From NCBI RefSeq assembly GCF_002087085.1, contig NZ_MWQY01000003.1, forward strand, positions 62,001 through 126,000: a stretch of 64,000 nucleotides of DNA. Reading direction: 5' to 3'. The position numbers and the translations under genes were made by a program. Below are positions 21,749 through 32,349 of the stretch, one piece after another (the stretch's first letter is position 1; the number at the start of each line of letters is the position of its first letter). Below the pieces are notes generated by a model, which was not told the origin of the DNA, did not search any database, and saw only the letters and a program-made list of their open reading frames with translations.

Positions 21749-22351
21749 GTGAGGACTCTGGTAATTCTTCTTTTATCAATACTTGTTTTCCCACAGGTGG
21801 CGTCCGCCTACCCGGTACAATATGCGGAGCAATTCTACAAGCTGTTCCATACCCAGTTGTACCGGTATCCGGAGAATTACGAGGAAAACATCTGGTACCT
21901 AGAACGGGCCCTCACGTCCGATTTCTGCAACCCTCTGTATGCCCTTGGCCGCCCCATCAACGATTCCACGGACTGGGCAAAGTACCGGGCACTTTTCAAA
22001 ATGCACGTCAATCTGAAAATAATCGAACAGTATCGTGGGCTTGCAGCCAAGTTCAATCGGGAGAAGGCCTACTTTTTTAATGCTCCCTGGAAAGAGGAAA
22101 ACCTGGAAAGCCTTAAAATCGCTGAGCACTTTTTCAGGGCAGCCCTCTATTACTGGCCCGAGGCCCGTCGATGGGCCCGGAATGCTTCCACAAAACCCTG
22201 GGATCATTACGAGGGGATTGAGGCCTGGGAAGATGAACGCTACAGGATAATGCAGGGTGAGCTGGATTACGGTGAAATAATCCGTATGGACCTGGAACAC
22301 CTTGGCAGAGTCAGGGCCGAGTTTGAGGCCATGGATGAAAACACCTACTGA
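21749..22351 (+). CDS. Exported helical hypothetical protein
   Basis: GTG start 2 nt after tmk; signal peptide ending ASA; 200 aa. Confidence 0.7.
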   Translation: MRTLVILLLSILVFPQVASAYPVQYAEQFYKLFHTQLYRYPENYEENIWYLERALTSDFCNPLYALGRPINDSTDWAKYRALFKMHVNLKIIEQYRGLAAKFNREKAYFFNAPWKEENLESLKIAEHFFRAALYYWPEARRWARNASTKPWDHYEGIEAWEDERYRIMQGELDYGEIIRMDLEHLGRVRAEFEAMDENTY

Positions 22352-23376
22352 ATGAACATGGCATCTCCATAGGAGAAAAAACGATACTCCTTCCGTACGG
22401 CCTCTGCATATGCCTCCAGAATGACTTCTCTCCCTGCAAAGGCTGACACCATCACCAGCAGGCTGGAACCGGGGGTGTGAAAGTTGGTAAACATATGATC
22501 CACTATTTTGAATCTGTAACCCGGTGAAATAAAAAGATCCGTCGAATTCCTGCCCGCAGCCAGTTTTCCTTCAGAAAAAGCGGATTCCAGGGTCCGAACC
22601 GTGGTCGTACCCACCGCAACGACAGGGCGCTTCTCTCTTCGTGCCCGGTTCACCGCATCCGCTGTTTCGACGGATACCTCGTACTCCTCCGTATGCATAC
22701 GGTGGTCAGACAGGTGCTCAGTACGGATAGGCGCAAAGGTCCCTATTCCCACATGCAGGGTAACGTAGCGTATCTCTGCCCGTTCCCGAATACGGTGGAG
22801 AATTGCCGGGGTAAAATGAAGACCCGCGGTGGGTGCGGCGACTGAGCCTTCCTCCCGGGAATAGACGGTCTGGTAGCGTTCGCTGTCGCTTTCGTCCGCA
22901 GAACGCCGAATATACGGAGGAAGAGGAATGGCTCCATTGCGTTCCAGGTAGGCCTTATCCAGGGGAGGATCAAAACGCAGGATGCCCCGATCTCCGGGTT
23001 TATCCACAAGAACAGCCTCCACCCCTTCGGGAAAACTGTAGCGACGGCCGATCTTCTGCCGCTTGCGCCTCTGAACCACGGCATCCCACAGCCCGGGCTC
23101 CCTCTCTTTCAGCAGCAGGAACTCCACGCTGCCGCCGTTTTCGGTTCTGCCGAAGATCCTGGATTTTCTTACCCGGGTATTGTTGAATACAACAAGACTG
23201 TTCTCCGGGAGGAGTTCAGGAAATTCCGCCATAACATGGTCGGAGCTTGTGCCTGTTTTTCTGTCCAGCAGCAGTAATCTGGATTCTCCCCGGTGCTCCG
23301 GAGGAAACTGGGCAATCAGATGTTCCGGTAAATCAAAAGAGAAATCCCTGGTCAGCACTCCGCTCTCCCGCTTCAA
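22345..23376 (-). CDS. queA: S-adenosylmethionine:tRNA ribosyltransferase-isomerase
   Basis: [35 protein letters not shown]; true start may be a few codons downstream. Confidence 0.97.
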   Translation of the reverse strand: MKRESGVLTRDFSFDLPEHLIAQFPPEHRGESRLLLLDRKTGTSSDHVMAEFPELLPENSLVVFNNTRVRKSRIFGRTENGGSVEFLLLKEREPGLWDAVVQRRKRQKIGRRYSFPEGVEAVLVDKPGDRGILRFDPPLDKAYLERNGAIPLPPYIRRSADESDSERYQTVYSREEGSVAAPTAGLHFTPAILHRIRERAEIRYVTLHVGIGTFAPIRTEHLSDHRMHTEEYEVSVETADAVNRARREKRPVVAVGTTTVRTLESAFSEGKLAAGRNSTDLFISPGYRFKIVDHMFTNFHTPGSSLLVMVSAFAGREVILEAYAEAVRKEYRFFSYGDAMFIQ

Positions 23377-24367
23377 TTTTCAGGTGTTCATAAGCCAGGT
23401 CGGTTACCATCCTACCCCGGGGAGTCCGCTGAAGGAAACCCCGCTGAATCAGGTAGGGTTCATAAAAATCTTCAAGAGATTCAATGGCCTCCCCCACGGA
23501 TATGGCGAGAGTTTCGGCACCCACGGGACCTCCGTTATAGCGGCTGATGATGGTAGCGAGGATCTGCCTGTCCAGGCGTTCAAGACCGTACTCGTCGATC
23601 TCCAGCCGCCCCAGCCCCTCCTCCACTATCTTCTCCGTTACAGTTCCGTCACCGGATTTTCCCAGAATCTGCGCAAAATCCCGCATCCTTTTCAGCAGCC
23701 TGTTTGCGACCCGCGGGGTTCCTCTGGCACTCATAGCCAGCCTGGCCACAGCGCCGGGGGTTACGGAGGTTTCCAGAATACCGGCTGTACGCCTGATTAT
23801 CTTTTCCAGGTCAGCGGTCTCGTAGAAGTTCATACGGAAGGAGATTCCAAAACGGCTGTACAGGGGACCCGCCACCTGACCTGCCTTTGTGGTTGCCCCT
23901 ATCAGGGTAAAATGGGGAATCTGGATTCGGATTGTCCTGGCAGCCGGCCCCTGTCCGATAACCCAGTCTATCTCGTTGTCTTCCATGGCGATGTAGAGCA
24001 TCTCCTCCACAACCGGCTTAAGACGGTGGATTTCGTCGATGAAAAAGACCGAGTTCTCCGTAAGAGAAGTCAAAATCCCCGCCAGGTCCTTCGGTTTGTC
24101 CAGGGCAGGAGCAGAGGTCGCTTTGAACTCCGCCTTCATTTCGGCAGCCACGATTCCCGCCAGGGTTGTCTTGCCCAGCCCCGGAGGTCCGGCCAGAAAG
24201 AGGTGATCCAGAGCCTCGCCTCGCTCCCGGGCGGCGCGGATAAAGACCGACAGGTTCTCCTTAAGTGAAGGCTGACCCAGGAATTCTCCCAGGGTGGCAG
24301 GCCGCAGGGAGAGCTCTTTTTCGTCCTCCGCAGTAAAATCGCCCCGCAGGAAGCTGTCATTCTCCAT
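23333..24367 (-). CDS. ruvB: Holliday junction helicase RuvB
   Basis: [38 protein letters not shown]. Confidence 0.98.
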   Translation of the reverse strand: MENDSFLRGDFTAEDEKELSLRPATLGEFLGQPSLKENLSVFIRAARERGEALDHLFLAGPPGLGKTTLAGIVAAEMKAEFKATSAPALDKPKDLAGILTSLTENSVFFIDEIHRLKPVVEEMLYIAMEDNEIDWVIGQGPAARTIRIQIPHFTLIGATTKAGQVAGPLYSRFGISFRMNFYETADLEKIIRRTAGILETSVTPGAVARLAMSARGTPRVANRLLKRMRDFAQILGKSGDGTVTEKIVEEGLGRLEIDEYGLERLDRQILATIISRYNGGPVGAETLAISVGEAIESLEDFYEPYLIQRGFLQRTPRGRMVTDLAYEHLKIEAGERSADQGFLF

Positions 24368-24368
24368 G

Positions 24369-24962
24369 CTATGCTCCTGCGCCCCGGCTCAACAGGACGA
24401 TGGCTTCCCGCATGAGGCGCCCTTCGGCTTCTTCTTTGTCGATATCCTCGGGAAGCTTATTAATCAGGGACCGGACCGCTTCGGCGGCGGCGTTCCGGTC
24501 AAAGCCCATATCCGCAAGGGCCGATATTATATCTCCGTGGGGGCCGCCGGCTGCAGCATCGGCAGAGACAATGGTACCCTGCAGGGCAAGGATGATCTTC
24601 TGGGCAGTCTTTTTTCCGAGCCCCGGAATTGAGCTCAAAGATGCAATATCTCCCTCCTCAATGGCACTCGCCAGACGACGGGAAGGAAGACCGGAAAGGA
24701 TCTTTACTGCCAGACTGGGGCCTACACCGGAAACCTTCAGAAGTTTCGTGAAAACCGTCCTCTCGGTCTCGTCGGCAAAGCCGTAGAGTTTCATGGCATC
24801 TTCTTTATGGTGAAGATATACAAGAAGACGCTGACGGGAGCCGGGCTGCAGAGATTGAAGTGCGCCGCTTGTTACAGACAGGATATATTCGACCCCGCCC
24901 ACATCAATGCAGCATTCGGAGCTGCGTATCTCGGTTATTGTTCCAGTAAGACTGTTGTACAT
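24369..24962 (-). CDS. ruvA: Holliday junction protein RuvA
   Basis: Start moved to MYNSLTG; LYGF, HhH motifs VSGVGP and IPGLGKKTA. Confidence 0.95.
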   Translation of the reverse strand: MYNSLTGTITEIRSSECCIDVGGVEYILSVTSGALQSLQPGSRQRLLVYLHHKEDAMKLYGFADETERTVFTKLLKVSGVGPSLAVKILSGLPSRRLASAIEEGDIASLSSIPGLGKKTAQKIILALQGTIVSADAAAGGPHGDIISALADMGFDRNAAAEAVRSLINKLPEDIDKEEAEGRLMREAIVLLSRGAGA

Positions 24963-25462
24963 TAATCTTCTTTCCCCTCTGCCGTCTGTTCCGGAGACAG
25001 GTAGTTGTACCGGCAAACCGCAGCTGCAAGAGCATCAGCGGCATGATCCGGCCTGGGAGGATCCTTTAAACCGAGGATGAGCCGGAGGAGCTCCTGCATC
25101 TGCTCCTTGTCAGCCCTGCCGACCCCTGCAACTGCCTGTTTAATCATGGGGGGAGAGAATGCCTCCACCCTCAGGTCCAGCTCTTCGCAGGTAACAAGGA
25201 CCACCCCCATAGCCTGGGCGACGGGTATCGCGGAGGTCTGGTTCTTGGCAAAATAGATGCTCTCTATTCCGACGATCTCCGGTTTATATTTTCGGATAAT
25301 ATCTATGAGCTCCCGCCGAATAGTCAAAAGACGACGCCCGTTCAACTCCCTGGCCGAAGTAGTGATACTCCCGTGGGAAACATGCCGCAGTCTGCTGCCT
25401 CTGGCGTCGATTATACCCCAGCCCGTATTGGCCAATCCCGGATCAATCCCGAGGACCCTCAT
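24962..25462 (-). CDS. ruvC: Crossover junction endodeoxyribonuclease RuvC
   Basis: LGIDPG, GRADKEQM, DHAADALA. Confidence 0.97.
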   Translation of the reverse strand: MRVLGIDPGLANTGWGIIDARGSRLRHVSHGSITTSARELNGRRLLTIRRELIDIIRKYKPEIVGIESIYFAKNQTSAIPVAQAMGVVLVTCEELDLRVEAFSPPMIKQAVAGVGRADKEQMQELLRLILGLKDPPRPDHAADALAAAVCRYNYLSPEQTAEGKED

Positions 25463-26208
25463 TAATCTTCAGGCATCTCGAAGTCATCGGGGATATCGAT
25501 ATTCGTTGAAACCGACTGAACGTCATCATGATCGTCAATACGCTCGATGAGCCGCATGACCTTGGCGGTGGATTCGGTGTCCAGACTTACATAGGCTTCC
25601 GGAACCAGGCTTACCTCGGCCATCTCTTCGGTGAATCCTGCGCCCTGCAGGGCTGTAAGGACCTCTTCGAAGCTTTCAGGCTCGGTGGTGACCTCGATAC
25701 TGTCTCCCTCGTGACTGACATCTTCGGCGCCTGCCTCGAGGGCTGCTTCAAAAATGGCTTCTTCAGAATACTCGGCCGCATTGTAGGCAATAATGCCCTT
25801 GCGCTTGAAAAGGTAGGAGACACATCCTGTTTCTCCGAGGCTGCCGCCTCCCTTGGTGAGGATACTCCGGATATCCGCGGCGGTTCTGTTTTTGTTATCC
25901 GTAAGAGCCTCGATCATGATGGCGACCCCGCCGGGTCCATAGGCTTCATAGGTAAGTTCGATATAATCGACCCCTTCTATTTCACCTGTTCCCTTTTTTA
26001 TAGCCCGGGCGATATTATCCTTGGGCATATTGGCCGCCTTGGCCTTGAGCACCGCAGTCCTCAGCCGAGGATTGGCTTCTTCGTCTCCACCGCCCATTCT
26101 GGCTGCAACGGTAATCTCCTTTATAATCTTGGAGAAAATCTTTCCCCGTTTGGCGTCCGCAGCGCCCTTTTTATGCTTAATAGATGCCCATTTACTGTGA
26201 CCGGACAT
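25462..26208 (-). CDS. yebC: YebC/PmpR family protein
   Basis: Start moved to [34 protein letters not shown]. Confidence 0.96.
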   Translation of the reverse strand: MSGHSKWASIKHKKGAADAKRGKIFSKIIKEITVAARMGGGDEEANPRLRTAVLKAKAANMPKDNIARAIKKGTGEIEGVDYIELTYEAYGPGGVAIMIEALTDNKNRTAADIRSILTKGGGSLGETGCVSYLFKRKGIIAYNAAEYSEEAIFEAALEAGAEDVSHEGDSIEVTTEPESFEEVLTALQGAGFTEEMAEVSLVPEAYVSLDTESTAKVMRLIERIDDHDDVQSVSTNIDIPDDFEMPED

Positions 26209-26278
26209 ACTGTCTCCTTGTTTATTCTCGAGTGGGATAATTGTAACACAGAACAGTAGCATAGACAAAAAATTGCTG

Positions 26279-27412
26279 TCAAGCAAAGGGATTAAGGGAT
26301 TCCAGCTCCTTCCAGGCATCGAGAAAGAACCTGTCCTGAATCCAGAAGGCTTCCGGACCAAGAGCAAGCCTGCCCGCTTCAGTATCGATGGAAAGACTGT
26401 CCGCCCAGACACCCAGGGTTCGGGGGATAATGTCCCGGAGGCTGTGTCCGAAGCGTCTTTCGATCTTTTCCAGGGAAATTCCGCGCACCTGCCGAAACCC
26501 CATAAAGAGGTGTTCGATAAAAAATTCTACAGCGGAAGGGTATTCTATCTCCGTGTAATCCTCCGGTTTTCCCCTCAGATAAAGATTCAGGTCAGGTCGG
26601 ACACTCTGATGCATCCAGCTATCATTCCCGTATAAAAGTGAAACCGCCCCGGGGCCAATACCCAGGTATGGTTCCATCTCCCAGTATGACCGGTTGTGCA
26701 GGCTCTCATTTCCAGGCTTTGCATAGTTGCTTACCTCGTAATGCAGGAAACCCCTGGACTCAATATCCCGGGGCAGACTGTCATTCCGCGCTCCGATCTT
26801 CCCGGTGCGAAGAGCAAGGGGAGTACCCTCCTCGAGGCTGAGATCGTAGAGAGATATATGCTCAATTCCCGAAAGGGGCAGCATGGCCAGCTCCTCCTCC
26901 AGGAGCAGGGACGCACTTTCCGGGAGTCCGCGAATCAGGTCGATACTGAGCTTCCCCTTCCAGTTTTTCCCGAGCAGATCGAAAGCGGCGTACACCGATT
27001 TCAGACTGCCCCGTCTTCCCAGGAACTTCCTGGAGGGCCCGTGAATGCTCTGTACCCCCATACTTAACCGGGTTACCGGATAAGCGGAAAAGAGGTCCAG
27101 ATGATCCCTGCTCAGGGATTCAGGATTAACTTCAACGGTCCACTCAAGGGGAAGCTTCCCCCCTGCCCTGGCTATGGCGGAGAAAATCATCTCCAGAGAT
27201 TCCGGTGTCAGACTTGTGGGAGTGCCTCCGCCGATATAGACCGTGGGAAACTCATCAATCTTCAGCCTGTCACAAAAAAAGCTCAGCTGCCTGACAAGCG
27301 CCCTGGTAAAGGCTTCTTTATCCTCTCTGCTTCGGCAGTCCAGGGAAAAAAAATCGCAGTAATCGCACTTTGCACTGCAAAAAGGTATGTGAACATACAG
27401 AGCCGGTTTCAT
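26279..27412 (-). CDS. hemW: Radical SAM heme chaperone HemW (HemN-like)
   Basis: [35 protein letters not shown] (HemW-type HNxxYW). Confidence 0.85.
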   Translation of the reverse strand: MKPALYVHIPFCSAKCDYCDFFSLDCRSREDKEAFTRALVRQLSFFCDRLKIDEFPTVYIGGGTPTSLTPESLEMIFSAIARAGGKLPLEWTVEVNPESLSRDHLDLFSAYPVTRLSMGVQSIHGPSRKFLGRRGSLKSVYAAFDLLGKNWKGKLSIDLIRGLPESASLLLEEELAMLPLSGIEHISLYDLSLEEGTPLALRTGKIGARNDSLPRDIESRGFLHYEVSNYAKPGNESLHNRSYWEMEPYLGIGPGAVSLLYGNDSWMHQSVRPDLNLYLRGKPEDYTEIEYPSAVEFFIEHLFMGFRQVRGISLEKIERRFGHSLRDIIPRTLGVWADSLSIDTEAGRLALGPEAFWIQDRFFLDAWKELESLNPFA

Positions 27413-27420
27413 GCCGGTGT

Positions 27421-28170
27421 TCAGAAAAAAGGAAGAGGCCAATAGGTGAACAGGATCTTCCCCAGGACCGCCCTCAGGGGAACCGGTCCCCACAGGCGGG
27501 AATCGTCCATTACTCCACGGTTGTCGCAGAGCAGAAAATACTCATTCTCCCGGAGCACTATCCGGGAGAAATCGGAGTTTCCAGGGTAAGCTGATTCCCA
27601 GCCGGGGATTCCTTCAGGAAGCGTGAGAGAGTATTCTTCCTTTGTCAGCCTATCCTCCCTCAGAAACTCATCCTCCCCGGAGGGCCTGCAAAACACCCTC
27701 CCGTCTTTCATATAGAGGGTGTCGCCGGGGATCCCGATGATCCTGCGGACAATCAGGGAATCGCCGCGGTGTGCGCCAAGGATGGACTCCATGTTGATCT
27801 TCTGAAAACTGATTATTCCAAGAACCCTGTCCAGAGCGATGAACCAGGGGGAAGGAGAAGAATCGTATCCAGGCCGGGCGAGGACAAGATCTCCCCTTTC
27901 CGGCCTTCCGGCGGCAAAATAACGTTTCTGAGAAAGGCCGAAACTCAAACCATAGGGGAGCGCCGCACCAAGCAGGCGGTCACCGTTATGGAGAGCAGGC
28001 TCCATTGCCTCTCCGCGCATCTCCAGGCTGCTTATACCGGCAATCGATAGAAGGCCGACAAAAATAAAAAACCCGGCCGCTGTAATAAGGATTTTTTTTA
28101 TCCGGGTCCGCTGTTTTTTGCCCCGCACATAAGCTGAATAGCGGGAGAAGCCGCCGTTTTGCTGAAACAT
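27421..28170 (-). CDS. Signal peptidase I (S26) family protein with degenerate catalytic dyad
   Basis: TM anchor; box B GEAMEPAL, box D VRRIIGIPGD, box E DNRGVMDDSR. Confidence 0.85.
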   Translation of the reverse strand: MFQQNGGFSRYSAYVRGKKQRTRIKKILITAAGFFIFVGLLSIAGISSLEMRGEAMEPALHNGDRLLGAALPYGLSFGLSQKRYFAAGRPERGDLVLARPGYDSSPSPWFIALDRVLGIISFQKINMESILGAHRGDSLIVRRIIGIPGDTLYMKDGRVFCRPSGEDEFLREDRLTKEEYSLTLPEGIPGWESAYPGNSDFSRIVLRENEYFLLCDNRGVMDDSRLWGPVPLRAVLGKILFTYWPLPFF

Positions 28171-28268
28171 GATAGAAGACGCTATCAGAAAAATCCTCTC
28201 CCTTCAACTGCTGCACAGGCCATGTACTTGCGTAAACCCGGGAATTTACCGTAGACTCACAGACCTGT

Positions 28269-28724
28269 ATGGAAGGCAAAAAGATCCTGGCGGACAACAG
28301 AAAGGCCCGCTTCAACTACATGGTCCTCGATTCTCTCGAATGCGGTATAGCCCTGCAGGGTACCGAGGTAAAATCCATGCGGGCCGGAAAATTCTCTTTT
28401 ACAGACGCCTACGCCCGCATACGCAACGGTGAACTGTGGCTGGTTGGATTTCATATCACCCCCTATGAGTTCGGGAATATTTTCAACCATGAACCGGTAC
28501 GGGAACGCCGGCTTCTGGCGCACAAAGACGAAATCAAGCGTCTGCAGCGCAAGGTTGACGAGAAAGGTCTGACTCTGGTACCCCTGAAGTTCTATCTGAA
28601 GGGGGGTATTGTAAAACTTGAACTGGGAGTCTGCCAGGGAAAGAAACTCCATGACAAGCGGCAGTCCATCAAGGAACGGGATGACAAGCGCGCCGCGGAC
28701 AGGGAGTTCAAGCAGCGGCTGTAA
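28269..28724 (+). CDS. smpB: SsrA-binding protein
   Basis: NRKARFNY, GIALQGTEVKS, GKKLHDKR. Confidence 0.98.
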   Translation: MEGKKILADNRKARFNYMVLDSLECGIALQGTEVKSMRAGKFSFTDAYARIRNGELWLVGFHITPYEFGNIFNHEPVRERRLLAHKDEIKRLQRKVDEKGLTLVPLKFYLKGGIVKLELGVCQGKKLHDKRQSIKERDDKRAADREFKQRL

Positions 28725-28729
28725 ACTAC

Positions 28730-28758
28730 TTGATGATTCAGTATCATTTGCGTATATT
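28730..28758 (+). promoter_or_regulatory. Putative ssrA promoter
   Basis: TTGATG, 17 nt, TATATT. Confidence 0.55.
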
Positions 28759-28795
28759 ATGGAAGATCCCTGACGTGCAGAACAGTCATCAGATG

Positions 28796-29149
28796 GGGGG
28801 TGTCAAGGTTTCGACTGCGAGATGCAGAGTCATGGGTTGCAGGTGGAGCGGTTAACTCCTTAAACTGCCACAAACAATAACTGCTGACAATTACGAAGCA
28901 GACTACGCAATCGCGGCTTAATTAAGCCTCGTCGGGTACCCGGGATGCCGCCTTGAAGCCCGGTGTGCTTGTAATAAACCAGGGCTTACCTGAGCAGAGG
29001 CCTGTGCTGCCCGGGGACATTCAAGCAGGCTCTGGAATCGGGAAGGGCTGCCGGCTCTCCTCACCCGGTCCGAGATTAAAGAGACGGCTAAACCTGTAGA
29101 GATCTATGGCATGCCTTGTAGGACGCGGGTTCGACTCCCGCCACCTCCA
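28796..29149 (+). ncRNA. ssrA: tmRNA; tag (A)ADNYEADYAIAA at 28883-28921
   Basis: 5' GGGGGTG pairs with 3' CACCTCC (G3.U alanine determinant); T-arm GCGGGTTCGACTCCCGC; resume context ATAACTG; follows smpB; 3' CCA not encoded. Confidence 0.95.
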
Positions 29150-29160
29150 TTAGATAAATG

Positions 29161-29189
29161 TTGACGTATTAACAACTTAGGGTTATACT
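29161..29189 (+). promoter_or_regulatory. Near-consensus sigma70 promoter
   Basis: TTGACG, 17 nt, TATACT, starting 12 nt after the tmRNA end. Confidence 0.75.
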
Positions 29190-29250
29190 TATCTTGTACG
29201 TATCAGTTATGCTATCATTATATGCACTGATACGCGCAGGAGGGTATATC

Positions 29251-30423
29251 ATGAAAAACAAAATGTTGCTTACTTTGCTGATCTTAGTACTTTTTGTCGC
29301 TTGCTCCGGCGGTGGTGCCGGTAGCGAAAGGGCCCCGCTTGTGAGCGTAAACCTTGCCGGGGCTGACGGGTATCTCCGGGTCTGGAATAGTCCCGCTGTC
29401 CTGAACGCCGTGAAAGACGCGGAAGTCAAAGAGGTGGTCTGGACTGACGAGAAAGGTGTCGAGGTCAGTGTCCCGGTCACTGAGTCAAAGCTGCTGTCTA
29501 CCGATTACATGGTCTTACAGTACAGCTATGATGATTCCACCACGTCAGCGGTAGCTGACATTGTAACAGGTGAGCTGGTTGAAATCCCGGCCCCTGGTAA
29601 CTGGTCGGAGATTAAATACCGTAATAACCGCATGTACTACGTCAGCGGAGGGGCGGTCCTGAACGTTGACCCGGCTACAGGGGAATCGTTCAAACTGAAT
29701 GACAGCGATACCGTACCCGCCGGATACATGGTTCTAAGCGAGACGGAAACGCCCTTTATCCTGACCGGCAGCTTTAAGCGGTCATACCCCGGCGGCGTCT
29801 CACGTGAGCTTTCCGGCAGTCCTGCGGCCCTGCGACTGTATGAAGGTCTTTCCGGTGCTGAATCCGGGGGCTTGAAATCTCACTCCCTGATCTATGACGA
29901 GACCGCCGATACCTATTATATGATCCATTGGGGTGGCAATGCGTATTGGGAACAGATCATCGCTGACAACGGAAGCGTCACCGAGGGGCCGTCAACCGCC
30001 CTTTCTCACCCCTTCGCAACCGGAGCCCGGCGGGTAGGCTACGGAACGCCGACCGCTGACAATTCAGTATTTGCCGATTATGAGCATGTTTACACCCTGT
30101 CGGTTTCCGGCGGATCAATCACACTAAATGAAGCATACACCGCGACAAACTCCGGCCTGTCGGTTACAGAATCAAAATACGTGGATGGCCTCTACTATTA
30201 CCAGTCAAACACAATCAATAATATGGTCTACCAGATCAGGGAATCAAATCTGGTTGACACCGACAGGGTGCTTGTCGAGGCCGGGATTTATGACCTCGAA
30301 GATTGGGACGTTGTGGCCGGGGAGCTCTTCTGGATTGACGATACGGGCTCATGGGTTATGGATTTAGCCACCGGGGATGTATCGGCGTATCAGGCGAGTG
30401 CAGTTGAGGCGGTGACGGAATGA
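29251..30423 (+). CDS. Lipoprotein, beta-rich (possible beta-propeller), prophage moron-like
   Basis: SD AGGAGG before ATG 29251; lipobox MKNKMLLTLLILVLFVAC; 390 aa. Confidence 0.8.
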   Translation: MKNKMLLTLLILVLFVACSGGGAGSERAPLVSVNLAGADGYLRVWNSPAVLNAVKDAEVKEVVWTDEKGVEVSVPVTESKLLSTDYMVLQYSYDDSTTSAVADIVTGELVEIPAPGNWSEIKYRNNRMYYVSGGAVLNVDPATGESFKLNDSDTVPAGYMVLSETETPFILTGSFKRSYPGGVSRELSGSPAALRLYEGLSGAESGGLKSHSLIYDETADTYYMIHWGGNAYWEQIIADNGSVTEGPSTALSHPFATGARRVGYGTPTADNSVFADYEHVYTLSVSGGSITLNEAYTATNSGLSVTESKYVDGLYYYQSNTINNMVYQIRESNLVDTDRVLVEAGIYDLEDWDVVAGELFWIDDTGSWVMDLATGDVSAYQASAVEAVTE

Positions 30424-30755
30424 GAGAGATTAAGTTTCGGGCATGGACTGGTAAGAAGTTCGTATACGGCTCGCGTGATGATGAAGTGAATCCTTCATGG
30501 GTGCTGGCTATGTGCAATGCGAACGGCATTGAGCCAGAACAATTCACCGGTCTCAAGGACAAGAACGGCAAAGAGATTTATGAGGGTGATATTATAGAGC
30601 ATTATTCTGGTTTAGTTCCAAAAGGCGCTGATCCATACGTGAAGCAAATCGTAAGATGGAATCGATACCGTTGGGACGGCATAAACAATTTCAATGTATC
30701 AAAGATCATCGGCAACATCCACGAAAACCCGGAGCTATTGGAGAAGGCCGTCTAA
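30420..30755 (+). CDS. YopX family phage protein
   Basis: MREIKFRAW, QFTGLKDKNGKEIYEGDI, IGNIHENPELL. Confidence 0.92.
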   Translation: MREIKFRAWTGKKFVYGSRDDEVNPSWVLAMCNANGIEPEQFTGLKDKNGKEIYEGDIIEHYSGLVPKGADPYVKQIVRWNRYRWDGINNFNVSKIIGNIHENPELLEKAV

Positions 30756-31997
30756 ATGCCCCGATACCGCGATTCAGACTATACAATTTACCCGCGGAAA
30801 TTCAAAGACAAAACCGTATGGTACTACTACGCCTATGTCGACGGGGTGCGGCAACCTGGAAAATCAACCAGCATAGGCTACACGCGGGAACGTGATAGGG
30901 CGAAAACCAGAAAGCAGGCAGAGGGGAAAGTCCGGGAATTGCTGGAATACGGGAAAGGGCTTTCCGGGCCTACCCTGCGCCAGTGGGTCGAACAGCGCAA
31001 TTTCTGGGACTGGCACAGGTCGGATTATATCCGGGGAATACTGGCCCGGTCGCCGAAAGATAAACCGGGGATCACACAAAGTTATTGCCGTGATGCTCAG
31101 CGGGTGACGGAAAGCAAAATCCTGCCCTACCACGGCGATAAACAGATTGACAGAATCACCGCGATGGACTGCGAGGATTTGCTTTTCGAGTGGCAGGCAA
31201 CCGGGCGGGCGAATAAGACGGTAAATAACTGGAAATCGGTCTATTCAACAATCCTGGGTGAATACGAAAGGGTCCAGTTAATGAAGGACGCGCGCTCCCT
31301 GTACCGCAACCCGTGGCGGCAGGTTCGCCCGTTGGCCGTGGAAAAAAATAAGCGTGGGGGGCTCTCGCTCGATGAGGCCCGCCGGCTACTTGAGGTACCT
31401 GTTGACGATAAGTACAGCGCGGTATATTACCCCGCCATGAAGCTTGCTTTTATGACGGGGCTCCGTATTTCCGAGGTCTGCGGCATTGTCTCCGGGGACG
31501 TTAAGGATGTCGAGGTCAAACGTGGGGATCGGGTGCTTACGATGAGTTACCTGGAAATTGACCAGCAGTACAACCAAAAAATGAAGCGCCGTACACTGGT
31601 AAAAGACAAAGAGGTCCGGCAGATACCTATCACCCCGGGGATGCGCAAAGAGTTGCAGCCGTTCATGGGGAAAAAAGATCAGTACCTTTTCAGCTTCCAT
31701 CCGCGCCGGGAAATTCCGATTACTGCTAACCGTCTGCGGGACTGGTTTTATAAGCGCCTTGAATCGGTCGGGATAGGCGAGGAAGAACGAAAGAAGCGGA
31801 ATATCGTTTTCCATTCTACCCGCCGGTTCTTTAATACGCTTTTACGCCGTGCCCATGTTGACGATACAATCATCAGGCGGTTTACCGGTCACGATTCAGA
31901 GGCAATGACAGAGCACTATACGGATTACATTGTCCAGGATTTGCCGCTCATTGAACAAGCCCAGCGGAAATTCTTGGAAGGAAAAATCAAGGAGTGA
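30756..31997 (+). CDS. int: Tyrosine recombinase / phage integrase
   Basis: N-terminal arm-binding-like region; catalytic R (TGLRISE), HxxR (FHSTRR), GH and Y (MTEHY). Confidence 0.93.
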   Translation: MPRYRDSDYTIYPRKFKDKTVWYYYAYVDGVRQPGKSTSIGYTRERDRAKTRKQAEGKVRELLEYGKGLSGPTLRQWVEQRNFWDWHRSDYIRGILARSPKDKPGITQSYCRDAQRVTESKILPYHGDKQIDRITAMDCEDLLFEWQATGRANKTVNNWKSVYSTILGEYERVQLMKDARSLYRNPWRQVRPLAVEKNKRGGLSLDEARRLLEVPVDDKYSAVYYPAMKLAFMTGLRISEVCGIVSGDVKDVEVKRGDRVLTMSYLEIDQQYNQKMKRRTLVKDKEVRQIPITPGMRKELQPFMGKKDQYLFSFHPRREIPITANRLRDWFYKRLESVGIGEEERKKRNIVFHSTRRFFNTLLRRAHVDDTIIRRFTGHDSEAMTEHYTDYIVQDLPLIEQAQRKFLEGKIKE

Positions 31998-32072
31998 ACC
32001 TTTCCGGTACTATTTCTGAAATGGAAACGGTTTAGTTCGTGAGCGAAATTTATATACTTTTTTCGCTCAAAT

Positions 32073-32096
32073 AAAAAAAGCCGGGACAAGCCCGGC
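32073..32096 (-). terminator. Intrinsic terminator ending the late (minus-strand) operon
   Basis: Minus strand GCCGGG-cttgt-CCCGGC-TTTTTTT. Confidence 0.75.
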
Positions 32097-32125
32097 AGTG
32101 ATCAAAAGCGCGGAGAAGGACGCTT

Positions 32126-32347
32126 TTAATCGGGATAGTCTTTTGTTAATTTAAGATACCGTTCCCGTGCTGTGGTCTCGGAAACGCCGATTACTTTTGA
32201 CAATTGTGATTTGTTTTTCACTTTCCAGTATTTCAAAAGGATCGCGTCTTCTTCGGCCGACCATATCTTATGCTGAAACTTTGACGTGTCCTCAATCTCT
32301 GCAATCTTCGCCATCATGTCTTCTGATATTTCCAGCGTATCAGGCAT
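32126..32347 (-). CDS. Small Myb/SANT-like helix-turn-helix protein
   Basis: WSAEEDAILL...LSKVIGVSETTARERY. Confidence 0.65.
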   Translation of the reverse strand: MPDTLEISEDMMAKIAEIEDTSKFQHKIWSAEEDAILLKYWKVKNKSQLSKVIGVSETTARERYLKLTKDYPD

Positions 32348-32349
32348 TG

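Noticed and set aside
441..26635. Long antisense ORFs (e.g. 441-1118, 12638-13573, 15561-16646, 18124-19659, 21033-21794, 23180-24268)
   Set aside because: They shadow well-supported genes on the opposite strand and show no recognisable motifs.
30756..31997. Recombinase as a tail-fibre invertase or shufflon enzyme
   Set aside because: It has integrase size with an arm-binding-like N-terminus; no inverted fibre cassettes or flanking inverted repeats were noticed.
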